A stretch of DNA of 64,000 bases from Clostridia bacterium (GTDB taxonomy: Bacteria > Bacillota > Clostridia > UBA1381): the NCBI GenBank assembly GCA_045649025.1, contig JAZRPB010000025.1:38600-102599 (forward strand), in the 5' to 3' direction. A program made the position numbers and the translations under genes. How positions within the stretch are numbered: position 1 is the stretch's first letter; each line of letters starts with the position of its first letter. The notes beneath the pieces were generated by a model that was not told the origin of the DNA, did not search any database, and saw only the letters and a list, made by a program, of their open reading frames with translations. Below, piece by piece: positions 55,194-64,000 of the stretch.

Positions 55194-58100
55194 TTAATTA
55201 TACTCTGCCGCTTCATTTATATCAAATAAATACAGATATTTTTTTACTACTCTTTTCTTTGTTATTTTTTCTATTGCCTGGGTATACAAATCAAGTTGCA
55301 AGCCATACATATCCAACATATCTTGTTTTGTTTTGTTTTTCATATTGTCGGTCTTAAAATCCAATAATATAATCTCACCTGCTTCATTTTCATAGAAACA
55401 GTCAATTACACCCTGCAATATCATTTTTTCGCCTTTTTCTATTTGTGCTTCACTCTTGTAGTATGATGCATCAATGTTTGTCTGGAAACCCTTTTCACGT
55501 TGCACATTATTGTTTTTAAGCAATTCACTTCCAAGCTCACTAACAAAAAACGCATAAATCCTTTGTGCCATTTCTTTATCTCTTTTGTATACGGCACAAT
55601 TTATTTTATCCTCATCACAAAGTCTTTTAAGCTCATCCTCAACTGTTGCAATAGTAAGGTTATCTCTTAAAGTGTTAAGGTTGATATACGCCATTGCGTT
55701 ATGATATGCAATACCCCTTAAGGCAGCATCTGTTTCGTTACTCATAAAGCTTGGTTTTTTACGTATGGTAATTTGCGACTTTTTTCTTATGCTTTCTGCT
55801 TTTTTAAGCTCCGTTGCCGACGTTCTTGACGGTATATCTGTACTATGCTGGAATTTATATTTATAATCTAAAAGCTCTTTAACGCTTTGCTTTCCCTCGT
55901 CAGAAAGTGATGGCATATTATTTTCTTCTTCAATATGCATTTCTTCACTTTCTCGGTAAATGTGCACATCGTCACAATTAAAGCTATCCGACAAAAGTGC
56001 AACAGGAACAACCCAATCCTCGAAGCACTGTGCCTTTATATTGGTTTTGTTGTTGAGTGTGGCATTATACCACTTTTGCATTATTTTATCTATGTCTTCT
56101 TCATCTTTTGCTTTAAATGAGGCAAAATTCATTAAAACATATTGTGCTCTGGTCATAGCAACATACAAAAGTCTTACATACTCCGACATTTTTTCACGGT
56201 TATTAACATAGCTTATTGTATCGGTGTATATATTTGTTTGGTATATCTGCTCGTCTATATTATTGTATTTTATGCCTATTCCGTAATCGCCATGCATTTT
56301 CACGCTTCCCTCGGAAAGCGAATTTTTAAGCTTTTGCTGCATACCGCCAAGAAAAACTATTGGAAATTCCAAGCCCTTGCTTGCGTGAATAGTCATCATC
56401 GAAACTGCATCCTCCGACACCGATTTTGCACCGCTTATTTCCTCTTTATTTTCTCTTAAGCTGACCATATATTGCACAAAGTTAAACAGACCCATTGAGC
56501 CGCCCGACTCAAACGACTGTGCTCTTTGATAGAGCAATCGCAAATTCTTTTGCGATTCCTCGTTGCCGTCTAATGCACCCATAAAATCATAGAAGCCGCT
56601 TTCCTCATATATTGTCCAGATAAGCTTTGCAACTGTCATTATACGTGTATATTTACGCCATCTGCGTAATTTTTCTACAACATTTTTACATTTGCTTGCT
56701 ATAAGTGCATCATCGCAGTTTGCCGCCATAAAGTCTATAATATCAAACAGACTTACTTTATCGTGATTTTGTCTTTTTTCGCGGTATTCACACTTTAAAT
56801 ATGCAATTTCATTTGCACTGAAGGCAAAAACGGGCGAGAGTAAAACACTCATCAAAGCAATATCCTGCTTAAAGTTTGATATAACGGATAAAAGCGAAAC
56901 CATAACCTGTACTTCCCTTTTATCGAAAAAGTCGGAAAGGGCAACTCTTAACGGAACACCCATCTTTTTAAATTCATCCATATAAATTGATGCGTGATTT
57001 TTTATTGCTCTTACAAGAATTGTTATATCTCCATAGCCTATAACCTTTTCTTCGTTTTCGCCAATCTTTATTGTTTTACCCACTAACTCCTTTGCTTTTC
57101 TTGCCATATACTGTGCTTCTGCTCTGCTGCAGATTTTTTCATCATCCTCATAGCTGCCTTTAACACAGGCAATTGGATACAGCTTTGTAACAAGCTCATC
57201 ATTTATTTCGTTGCTATCGTACGAATTACAGGTATAATTAATATCACCGATCTCATCGGTCATAATATTTGAAAAAAGTGCATCTACGCTTTTTAAAACC
57301 TCTTTAGAGCTCCTGAAGTTTTTAGAAAGCTTTAATAACCTTCCTTTTATTTGATGCTCATTATCTTCATTTACCTCTTCGCTATACTCGTTATACTTCT
57401 TCTTGAATATATACGGATCGCCGCCCCTGAAAAGATAAATACTTTGCTTTAAGTCACCAACCATAAATATATTTTTGTTGTTTTTTGATATACTTTTAAA
57501 AATTGAGTCTTGCAAGCCGTTTGTGTCCTGATACTCGTCAATTAATATTTCTGTGTATTTATCTCTGTATTTTTGACTTAAACCATTACTTTTATCGTTA
57601 AACAGATTATACACCTTATGCTCAATATCCGAAAATGACCACGCATTTCTTTTTTCTTTTAACTTTGTAAGCTCTGTATCATATTTTTTTGTTATCCACG
57701 AAAGAGCACTTGCAATTTCATTTAAATCATTGAGGTGTATGTCCTCTGCAAGCTCATCCTCCGATTTGTACGGAAATTGTGATATACATTCGTGCACACC
57801 CTTAATAGCCGTTGCAATTTCATCGTATGCAGTGCTTAAATGGGGGTATCTTGAAATACCTGTGTATTTACTTGAAAGTGCTTTAACAGAAAATAAACTG
57901 TTTTTTTCCATCAACTGATTAATATTTTTACTATCATACAGCTTTTCAACAAAACACAGTAATTCACTTGCATACAATGCCAATGCAGTATATGCATCCA
58001 CACTTTTTTTAGCAATAGCATTTTCGCCTGTGTCCACACCAAAGTCTTCGCCATCCTGTGGGTTATTAGAAACTGCATTTTTAAGTTCATCAATTGCATC

Positions 58101-58790
58101 GGCAAGATTTTTTTTGTACACAAACGGAAGATACAGTTCATTAAACCATACCCTTGCATTCGTTTCCTTATCATAATACTTACATACATTATCTATCCAC
58201 AAAAGAGGCTCATCGAAGCTTTGCGAAAATTTATATACGTCCATTATAAGCTTTACAAGCTTATCGTCGCTTCTGTTATCGGCAAAGGCAAAAATCAGTT
58301 TATTGAGCTTTTTATTATCCTCATCAATATCACTTGTATAAAGCTCATCAAAAACATTTTCTATTGCTTTTACCTTTATAATTTCCTCTTCAGTTTTATC
58401 CATTATGTAGAAGTTGGGTGAAATACCTGCAAAATGGAAGTTGTTTTTTAATACATTAAGACAAAATGCATCTATTGTTAAAATATCGGATGTAGCACAA
58501 AGATACGTCTGTTCCTTTAAACGACGTTTTTCCACACTGTTATCGCACTGTGCCACACACTGCTGCAGACGTTTTATGATTTTCTCTTTCATACCTGCCG
58601 CAGCGGCATTTGTGAATGTAACAACCAACAGGTTTTCTATTGAAACACCATCATTAATTATCATATTGCAAATACGCTCAACCAAAACAGCGGTCTTACC
58701 ACTGCCTGCATCGGCAGAAACCAAAATATTATATTTCCCCACAGGTGCGTATATTGCAGATTTTTGTTCATCAGTCCAACTTCTGACCAT
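55194..58790 (-). CDS. addA: ATP-dependent helicase/nuclease subunit A
   Basis: 1198 aa. UvrD-type helicase motifs (ADAGSGKT, DEYQDTN) and a C-terminal RecB-family nuclease region (GVIDCFYE...LLDFKTD). Confidence 0.95.
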   Translation of the reverse strand: MVRSWTDEQKSAIYAPVGKYNILVSADAGSGKTAVLVERICNMIINDGVSIENLLVVTFTNAAAAGMKEKIIKRLQQCVAQCDNSVEKRRLKEQTYLCATSDILTIDAFCLNVLKNNFHFAGISPNFYIMDKTEEEIIKVKAIENVFDELYTSDIDEDNKKLNKLIFAFADNRSDDKLVKLIMDVYKFSQSFDEPLLWIDNVCKYYDKETNARVWFNELYLPFVYKKNLADAIDELKNAVSNNPQDGEDFGVDTGENAIAKKSVDAYTALALYASELLCFVEKLYDSKNINQLMEKNSLFSVKALSSKYTGISRYPHLSTAYDEIATAIKGVHECISQFPYKSEDELAEDIHLNDLNEIASALSWITKKYDTELTKLKEKRNAWSFSDIEHKVYNLFNDKSNGLSQKYRDKYTEILIDEYQDTNGLQDSIFKSISKNNKNIFMVGDLKQSIYLFRGGDPYIFKKKYNEYSEEVNEDNEHQIKGRLLKLSKNFRSSKEVLKSVDALFSNIMTDEIGDINYTCNSYDSNEINDELVTKLYPIACVKGSYEDDEKICSRAEAQYMARKAKELVGKTIKIGENEEKVIGYGDITILVRAIKNHASIYMDEFKKMGVPLRVALSDFFDKREVQVMVSLLSVISNFKQDIALMSVLLSPVFAFSANEIAYLKCEYREKRQNHDKVSLFDIIDFMAANCDDALIASKCKNVVEKLRRWRKYTRIMTVAKLIWTIYEESGFYDFMGALDGNEESQKNLRLLYQRAQSFESGGSMGLFNFVQYMVSLRENKEEISGAKSVSEDAVSMMTIHASKGLEFPIVFLGGMQQKLKNSLSEGSVKMHGDYGIGIKYNNIDEQIYQTNIYTDTISYVNNREKMSEYVRLLYVAMTRAQYVLMNFASFKAKDEEDIDKIMQKWYNATLNNKTNIKAQCFEDWVVPVALLSDSFNCDDVHIYRESEEMHIEEENNMPSLSDEGKQSVKELLDYKYKFQHSTDIPSRTSATELKKAESIRKKSQITIRKKPSFMSNETDAALRGIAYHNAMAYINLNTLRDNLTIATVEDELKRLCDEDKINCAVYKRDKEMAQRIYAFFVSELGSELLKNNNVQREKGFQTNIDASYYKSEAQIEKGEKMILQGVIDCFYENEAGEIILLDFKTDNMKNKTKQDMLDMYGLQLDLYTQAIEKITKKRVVKKYLYLFDINEAAEYN

Positions 58791-58793
58791 AGT

Positions 58794-61700
58794 CTATTCC
58801 TTCTCTTCCTGTTTTGCAACTATTTCTTTCCAGATTGCGTCTGCCTTAAGGTCCTTGCCCTCTTGCAGCCGCTGATTTATACAATCACTAATCTGACAAA
58901 TATTTGAATAGTTACAATAATCACACGCTTTTTCATATGGCATTATTCTTATATCGCCCTTATTTCTTATATTATCGTCAAATTCAAGTATTTTATCACG
59001 TACAAATTCCATAAGCTTTTCGCCCTCATATTGAGTTCTTACCTTTTCGGTGCTTCTTTTATCCAGACTGCCGTTTTTGGTAAATTTAATTGGTAAAACA
59101 GTACTTATGCCGTTTTTGGTTTCGTTGTCCATATCAAAAAGCACCTTGCCGTCATCAAAATTATCGTTATTCTCAAACGTAATTCCGTCAAGCTTTTTGA
59201 GCTTTTCAACATCTGAAACTTCTCTTTTTAATTCACCACGCAGCTTGGTATAATACATTCCTGTTACGGTATATGGTATCTGCTCTTCCTCCTCGCATTT
59301 AAGCTTGGCAGCAAGTGCATATATAACCATTTGCATATCCACTCCGTTATATATGTCTTTTATATTAAACTCACTTGCACCTGTTTTATAGTCTATAACA
59401 CGAATAGAGTTTTTGCCGTCCTCCTTTAATTCATCAAGACGGTCTATAAAGCCGTTTATAAACACCTCATCGCTTATTGGAACAGTTATCTCCTTTTCCA
59501 TACCTTTAATTGTGTATTTGCCGTGCACAAAGCAATTTGTTACCGACTTGGTTGCTTTGTCTATTACTCTGTTCATACGGTTTAGGATATGCTCAATTTT
59601 TGCCTGACGTGTGAGGCTTGTGCTTTGCATACGTTCACTTACCTTATTAAATATTTCATTTAATATACTCTTTCTGCCGTCCTCGCCAAGTTCACGCCAT
59701 TTATTTAATTTTTCCTCCGAAGTGACGGCACCGTCCTCAACACGTGTGCAGAACTTTTCTATTATTTCGTGTGCATAGCTGCCTAAATCAGCCTTTGAAA
59801 TTTCCCATTCCTCACGTTCCTTTATACCAAGACCGTAGTTAAGGAAAAATCTGTACGGACACATTGCATACTCGTTAATTTTTGATTTACTGTAATTTAT
59901 TGTGTTGCCGTATAGCTTTCTTGCCCATTCGCTGTCTATATTTTCCTGCACCTTAAAAAACTCATTATCCTCATCAAGTAATTGCAATCTTGAAGCATAT
60001 TTATCGTTTAATGCATAGTATTCTTTAACAGCATCCCAGATTTGCGAGCTGCATTTACGATTTTGCGACTTATTTATAAGCAGCTTATGGAATGTTGCCT
60101 CGGGCGAGCTTATATAGAATTTTTCCTCGCTGTTGTAATAGGAAAAATTATTACTTATTTTAACATTGGGGAATTTTCTTTTAATTTCGGTTACTATTGA
60201 TGCTTCGCCATGTTCTGCACCTGAAAAATCAAAAAGAGGCATACTTATAAACAGATAATCACTTACCTGTGCAAAAAGCTCGAATATTGCATAATTTTGC
60301 TTTTGTATTCTTTCCTTAACAGTATCGGCAAACATTTTTCTTTGACGGCTGTTATTTAGAGTTTCTCTTTCGTCATCTGTTAAAAAACCCTCTGTTTTTG
60401 ATATATTAGGATATGTGCCCTCTATTGCACCCATTGCAAACAACACCTTAACATCAACAACAGTGTTCTTATCTGCACTGCCCACATATACTCTGTCTAT
60501 TCCCGACGGCACAAGACGTATTTCGCAGGTTGAAATACCCTCCTTTATATACTCGCCAAATTCTTCTATGCTCATTTCTTCATCGCCCATTGTAATAACA
60601 ATCTGGTCGATTACTTCTAACAAAAGCTCCCATATTCTTTCATATTGCTGTGCTTCGTCTATTCTGTTTTCATTTTCAAGGTTATATATTTCGCTTTCTA
60701 TACCCTCTGCTATGTTTATATCCTCAAGTAATTCAAACAGTGCCTTTGCATAGTCTTTGCCTGTTTTTGACCTGCTTATCTTTTTATTGAATTTTGCCAC
60801 AGGGCTCATAAGCTGGCTATGAATTGAGTTTATTTTCTCAATCATTTTTTCGTTTTGCTCCACAAAAAGACTGTCCTTACCATCATCAAAGGCAGCCTGC
60901 ATTATAGTTAGCTCCTTGGCAAAATCACTTTCTATAAGCCATCTTTTTTTACCTCTTATGCCATACTTTAGTGCATAATTATCTAAATCGTCTATATCCT
61001 CAACGCTAAATGGCGTATAGTAATATCCATTTTCAGCTTCATTCTTCTTAAATATATATCCCGATTTTAAATACATAAAAACGGAAGCATAGTCAAAGCC
61101 GTTATCAAACATATCAAAAAGAGATGTTATTTGTATTGCTATTGGGTGATTTTGCAAAAGCTCTCTTTTATCGGAAAAATATGGAATTGCATATTCATTA
61201 AAAACAGGCTCAATAAGCGGTGCGTACATATCCTCATCACTGCATACTATTGCAATATCACGATATCTGTATCCCTCTTCACGCACAAGCTCTGTAATCT
61301 TACACGCAACTCTCTCAACCTCCATATACGTATCGGCACTTTTAAACATACGTATTTTGTCGGTTTCTTTTGTGTAAATATCATCGCTATCCCACGAATT
61401 TATAAGATGATAAAGCTCTTCATTCCTACCCTTTGTGTGTGTTAAATGCTCACCGCATTGTATTTCCTCTATAACATACTCTGTTTTTATATCCTCAAGG
61501 GTTTTTTCATTAACCTCATAAAGCTCCTTTTCGCCCTCTCTATCGGATACGCACAACGTTATAAACACCCTGTCTGCCTGCGCATTTATTGCTTTTATAA
61601 CATTCCAACGTGGCGGCAAAAAATCGTTGAAGCAATCCACAAACACACTCGTACCCTTAAATAATTGGGGGTTGGCATTTATTTTTTGCGACAGTAAGTC

Positions 61701-62237
61701 AAGAAATCTGTTTTCATCGGTGTAATTCATATTTTTACTAATTTCCTGATATTTATCGTATATATCTGCAATTACATTTATTTTTTCTGCTAATAAGGCA
61801 TCGTTTGTTTTTAGAGCTTCATCACGCAGTTCGTCACTTGTGGTACGATAGTTGCCAAGCTCATCAACAAACGATGTCATAACCTGTGCAAAGCCGTTTT
61901 TACCTACAGAACGCAGCATATTTGCACTTATATCAGGATTGGTTGCAATATATGCTTTTATTGCACGGTACACAAGCATTTGTCTGCCCGCTTCACTCAT
62001 ATATGTTGTATTTTGAGTGTTGATTAATTCCTCGGCAAGCTTTTTAAAGGTCATAACCTCAATATTGTTAAGACCTGTTCCGCCAAATCTGTTTATAAAG
62101 CTTTTTTCCGTTTCAAAAGAGTACTTGTCGTTAACAAGCACCACACATCTGTTTTCCTTATGCAGCTTTTCTATTTCATTCATACAAAGGGTAGTCTTTC
62201 CCGAGGAAATTCCACCCTTTACAACTGTAATTGACAT
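58794..62237 (-). CDS. addB: ATP-dependent helicase/nuclease subunit B
   Basis: 1147 aa. N-terminal Walker A (GGISSGKT) and a C-terminal nuclease with Fe-S cysteines (AMCPYRFF ... CDYCNYSNIC). Confidence 0.93.
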   Translation of the reverse strand: MSITVVKGGISSGKTTLCMNEIEKLHKENRCVVLVNDKYSFETEKSFINRFGGTGLNNIEVMTFKKLAEELINTQNTTYMSEAGRQMLVYRAIKAYIATNPDISANMLRSVGKNGFAQVMTSFVDELGNYRTTSDELRDEALKTNDALLAEKINVIADIYDKYQEISKNMNYTDENRFLDLLSQKINANPQLFKGTSVFVDCFNDFLPPRWNVIKAINAQADRVFITLCVSDREGEKELYEVNEKTLEDIKTEYVIEEIQCGEHLTHTKGRNEELYHLINSWDSDDIYTKETDKIRMFKSADTYMEVERVACKITELVREEGYRYRDIAIVCSDEDMYAPLIEPVFNEYAIPYFSDKRELLQNHPIAIQITSLFDMFDNGFDYASVFMYLKSGYIFKKNEAENGYYYTPFSVEDIDDLDNYALKYGIRGKKRWLIESDFAKELTIMQAAFDDGKDSLFVEQNEKMIEKINSIHSQLMSPVAKFNKKISRSKTGKDYAKALFELLEDINIAEGIESEIYNLENENRIDEAQQYERIWELLLEVIDQIVITMGDEEMSIEEFGEYIKEGISTCEIRLVPSGIDRVYVGSADKNTVVDVKVLFAMGAIEGTYPNISKTEGFLTDDERETLNNSRQRKMFADTVKERIQKQNYAIFELFAQVSDYLFISMPLFDFSGAEHGEASIVTEIKRKFPNVKISNNFSYYNSEEKFYISSPEATFHKLLINKSQNRKCSSQIWDAVKEYYALNDKYASRLQLLDEDNEFFKVQENIDSEWARKLYGNTINYSKSKINEYAMCPYRFFLNYGLGIKEREEWEISKADLGSYAHEIIEKFCTRVEDGAVTSEEKLNKWRELGEDGRKSILNEIFNKVSERMQSTSLTRQAKIEHILNRMNRVIDKATKSVTNCFVHGKYTIKGMEKEITVPISDEVFINGFIDRLDELKEDGKNSIRVIDYKTGASEFNIKDIYNGVDMQMVIYALAAKLKCEEEEQIPYTVTGMYYTKLRGELKREVSDVEKLKKLDGITFENNDNFDDGKVLFDMDNETKNGISTVLPIKFTKNGSLDKRSTEKVRTQYEGEKLMEFVRDKILEFDDNIRNKGDIRIMPYEKACDYCNYSNICQISDCINQRLQEGKDLKADAIWKEIVAKQEEKE

Positions 62238-62283
62238 ATATAACCCTTCCTGTTTTTAAACATACATCAAAAGTATTCTTTTA

Positions 62284-63462
62284 TTATTCGGGATATACCT
62301 CTATAACCTCAACACCGTTTAGTGCTTCTTCTATAAGCTTATCCATATCAAGCTTTGATTCGGATAACTCAATTTTTTCACGTTTTGGATTAACGGTTGG
62401 GTGCTTTGGTGTAAATACTGTGCAGCAATCCTCATATGGCAGTATTGAGGTTTCGTATGTGCCGATTTCTCTTGCCCTGTCTATAACCTCAATTTTGTCC
62501 ATACCTATTAATGGCTGCAGAATTGGCATATCCACCACTGCATTTGTAACATCAAGTGCGGCAAGTGTTTGGCTCGCAACCTGTCCCACACTTTCACCTG
62601 TTATTAATGCAAGCGATTTATTTTTTCTTGCAATTTTTTCTGCTATCTTCATCATAAAGCGACGCATTAAAAGAGTCATATGCTCCTCGGGACAATGGTC
62701 ACGTATTTGAAGCTGAATTTCTGTAAACGGAACTATATATAAATTGATTTTAGATGTATACTGTGCAATTATTGAAGCCAGCTCTATAACCTTTTCCTTT
62801 GCTCTTTGCGATGTATAAGGATACGAGAAAAAGTTTATTGCGTCTATTGTTACACCTCTTTTTGCTATCATATGACCTGCCACAGGGCTATCTATACCGC
62901 CCGACAATAAAAGCGTAGCCTTTGAGCCTGTGCCTATTGGCATACCTCCCTGACCTGCTCTTTTATTTTCTGCGATGTATACATATGCTGCAAAATCTCT
63001 TACCTCGACCTTTACTGTTACATCGGGGTTGTGAACATCGCAACGGATTTTTGAAAATTCTCCGTTTAGAAAGCTACCAATATTCTGACTTAATTCAACA
63101 GAATTTAGAGGGAAGCTCTTATCGGAACGCTTCGACTCCACCTTGAACTTTAAAGACTTATTCAAATCCTCTGCAAGATATGCTTTTGCAACCTCTTTTA
63201 TAGACTCTATATTTTTCTCGCACACCGCCGCCTTAACAACCGACACTATACCAAAAATTTTAGTAAGTCTTTCAAGCACCAAATCAATTTTTGTTTCGTC
63301 CTCTACGTCTATATATACTGTTGCCTGTGCAAGACGTACCTTTGCCTTTGCAACATTTTTAATTGCGTTATTAATATTATTTACCAAAATACTCTCAAAA
63401 CGCGGTCTGTTACCGCCCTTTAATATTATTTCTCCGTATTTTGCAAGTAAAATTTCTTTCAT
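62284..63462 (-). CDS. thiI: tRNA 4-thiouridine synthase / sulfur carrier ThiI
   Basis: THUMP domain plus a PP-loop (LLLSGGIDSPVA). Start set at MKEILLAKYGEI (63462). The track N-terminal extension has no support. Confidence 0.93.
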   Translation of the reverse strand: MKEILLAKYGEIILKGGNRPRFESILVNNINNAIKNVAKAKVRLAQATVYIDVEDETKIDLVLERLTKIFGIVSVVKAAVCEKNIESIKEVAKAYLAEDLNKSLKFKVESKRSDKSFPLNSVELSQNIGSFLNGEFSKIRCDVHNPDVTVKVEVRDFAAYVYIAENKRAGQGGMPIGTGSKATLLLSGGIDSPVAGHMIAKRGVTIDAINFFSYPYTSQRAKEKVIELASIIAQYTSKINLYIVPFTEIQLQIRDHCPEEHMTLLMRRFMMKIAEKIARKNKSLALITGESVGQVASQTLAALDVTNAVVDMPILQPLIGMDKIEVIDRAREIGTYETSILPYEDCCTVFTPKHPTVNPKREKIELSESKLDMDKLIEEALNGVEVIEVYPE

Positions 63463-63555
63463 ATTTGTATTTGTTCCTTTCCCATACCCAGCAGCACAAA
63501 AGTAAGTCTGCAAGAAAATTATCTGTATTGAAGCTTTAAAAAGCAACAGTGTTTT

Positions 63556-64000
63556 TTACATATACCTTCTAATTGTGTCTGTTTCTTTTTTTAAAGCGTC
63601 AATTAATGTTTTTATTTCTTCATCATCAAGCTCATTTATAAAGCTCATTCTTATTGCACTGTCTATTACCTTTTTATCGCAGTCCATAGCCTGCAGCACG
63701 TGGCTTGGCTGCGGTTTGTGCGACGAACAGGCAGAGCCTGTTGAAACATATATATTATGGTTTTCCAATGCGTGTAATAAAACCTCCGCTTTAACACCTA
63801 AAAATGACATATTTAAAACACTGCCGCTGTTATGCTCATTTGAGCCGTTTATTGTTGTGTTTGAAATTGTTGATTGTATTTTATGTGCTATCTTGTTTCT
63901 GAACTCTTTTAAACCATTCACGTTTGGATTACACTCAACACAAGCACTGCCAAAAGCAGCAATACCTGATGTGTTTTCTGTGCCAGGTCTGAACTGCTTT
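63556..64000 (-). CDS. Cysteine desulfurase (NifS/IscS family), C-terminal part; 5' end beyond the window
   Basis: The frame is open to nt 64000 (FRPGTENTSGIAAFG...). Active-site loop STGSACSS. Classic pairing with thiI. Confidence 0.88.
   Translation of the reverse strand, partial: KQFRPGTENTSGIAAFGSACVECNPNVNGLKEFRNKIAHKIQSTISNTTINGSNEHNSGSVLNMSFLGVKAEVLLHALENHNIYVSTGSACSSHKPQPSHVLQAMDCDKKVIDSAIRMSFINELDDEEIKTLIDALKKETDTIRRYM

Noticed and set aside
1-64000. CRISPR arrays, tRNA/rRNA genes, prophage or integrase genes, restriction-modification or other known defence modules.
   Set aside because: I saw no regularly spaced direct repeats, no tRNA-like T-arm/acceptor patterns in the intergenic regions, and no phage, integrase, REase or ATPase-nuclease gene sets. 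The only toxin-antitoxin pair is the chromosomal alr-linked mazEF module.

Overview
AT-rich, Firmicutes/Clostridia-like chromosomal segment, judged from SLH-domain wall proteins, AddAB, alr followed by an EndoA/MazF module, and a sporulation-type deacetylase. It is almost entirely housekeeping. Plus-strand genes at the left end are nnr (5' truncated), alr, a short mazE-like ORF plus mazF, a small membrane ORF and valS. A long run of mostly minus-strand genes follows: Isf-like flavoprotein, argD-argF-GNAT, malQ, prfA, hisZ-hisG-hisA, Nudix, methyltransferase, dCMP deaminase, a likely PPi-dependent PFK, mntP, and envelope proteins including three SLH proteins. Next comes a tightly packed run on the minus strand: GT2, trxB, speD, a decarboxylase, speE, speB, carboxyspermidine dehydrogenase and decarboxylase, then metY. 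The right end carries a Ca2+ P-type ATPase, an EamA transporter, small hypothetical proteins, a Toprim/RNase M5-like gene, addB-addA, thiI and a 5'-truncated nifS/iscS. I found no rRNA, tRNA, CRISPR array, prophage, intact IS element or recognisable multi-gene defence system. The unexplained signals are mostly non-coding. (1) A promoter-leader module of about 240 nt is present twice, upstream of the small ORF/valS and upstream of the GT2-polyamine gene run. It has a 56-nt core identical at 53 positions, and four helices kept by fully compensatory sequence changes. (2) Short dispersed palindromic repeats occur in intergenic regions: an 83-86 nt MITE-like element abutting TAA stop codons, and REP-like GTAG plus GC-hairpin units. 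(3) An IS200/RAYT-like protein lacks the catalytic motifs and carries a lysine-rich tail. Protein function calls come from motifs I recognise in the translations; no database search was run. Start codons were revised where a Shine-Dalgarno (SD) sequence supports a different start than the ORF track.
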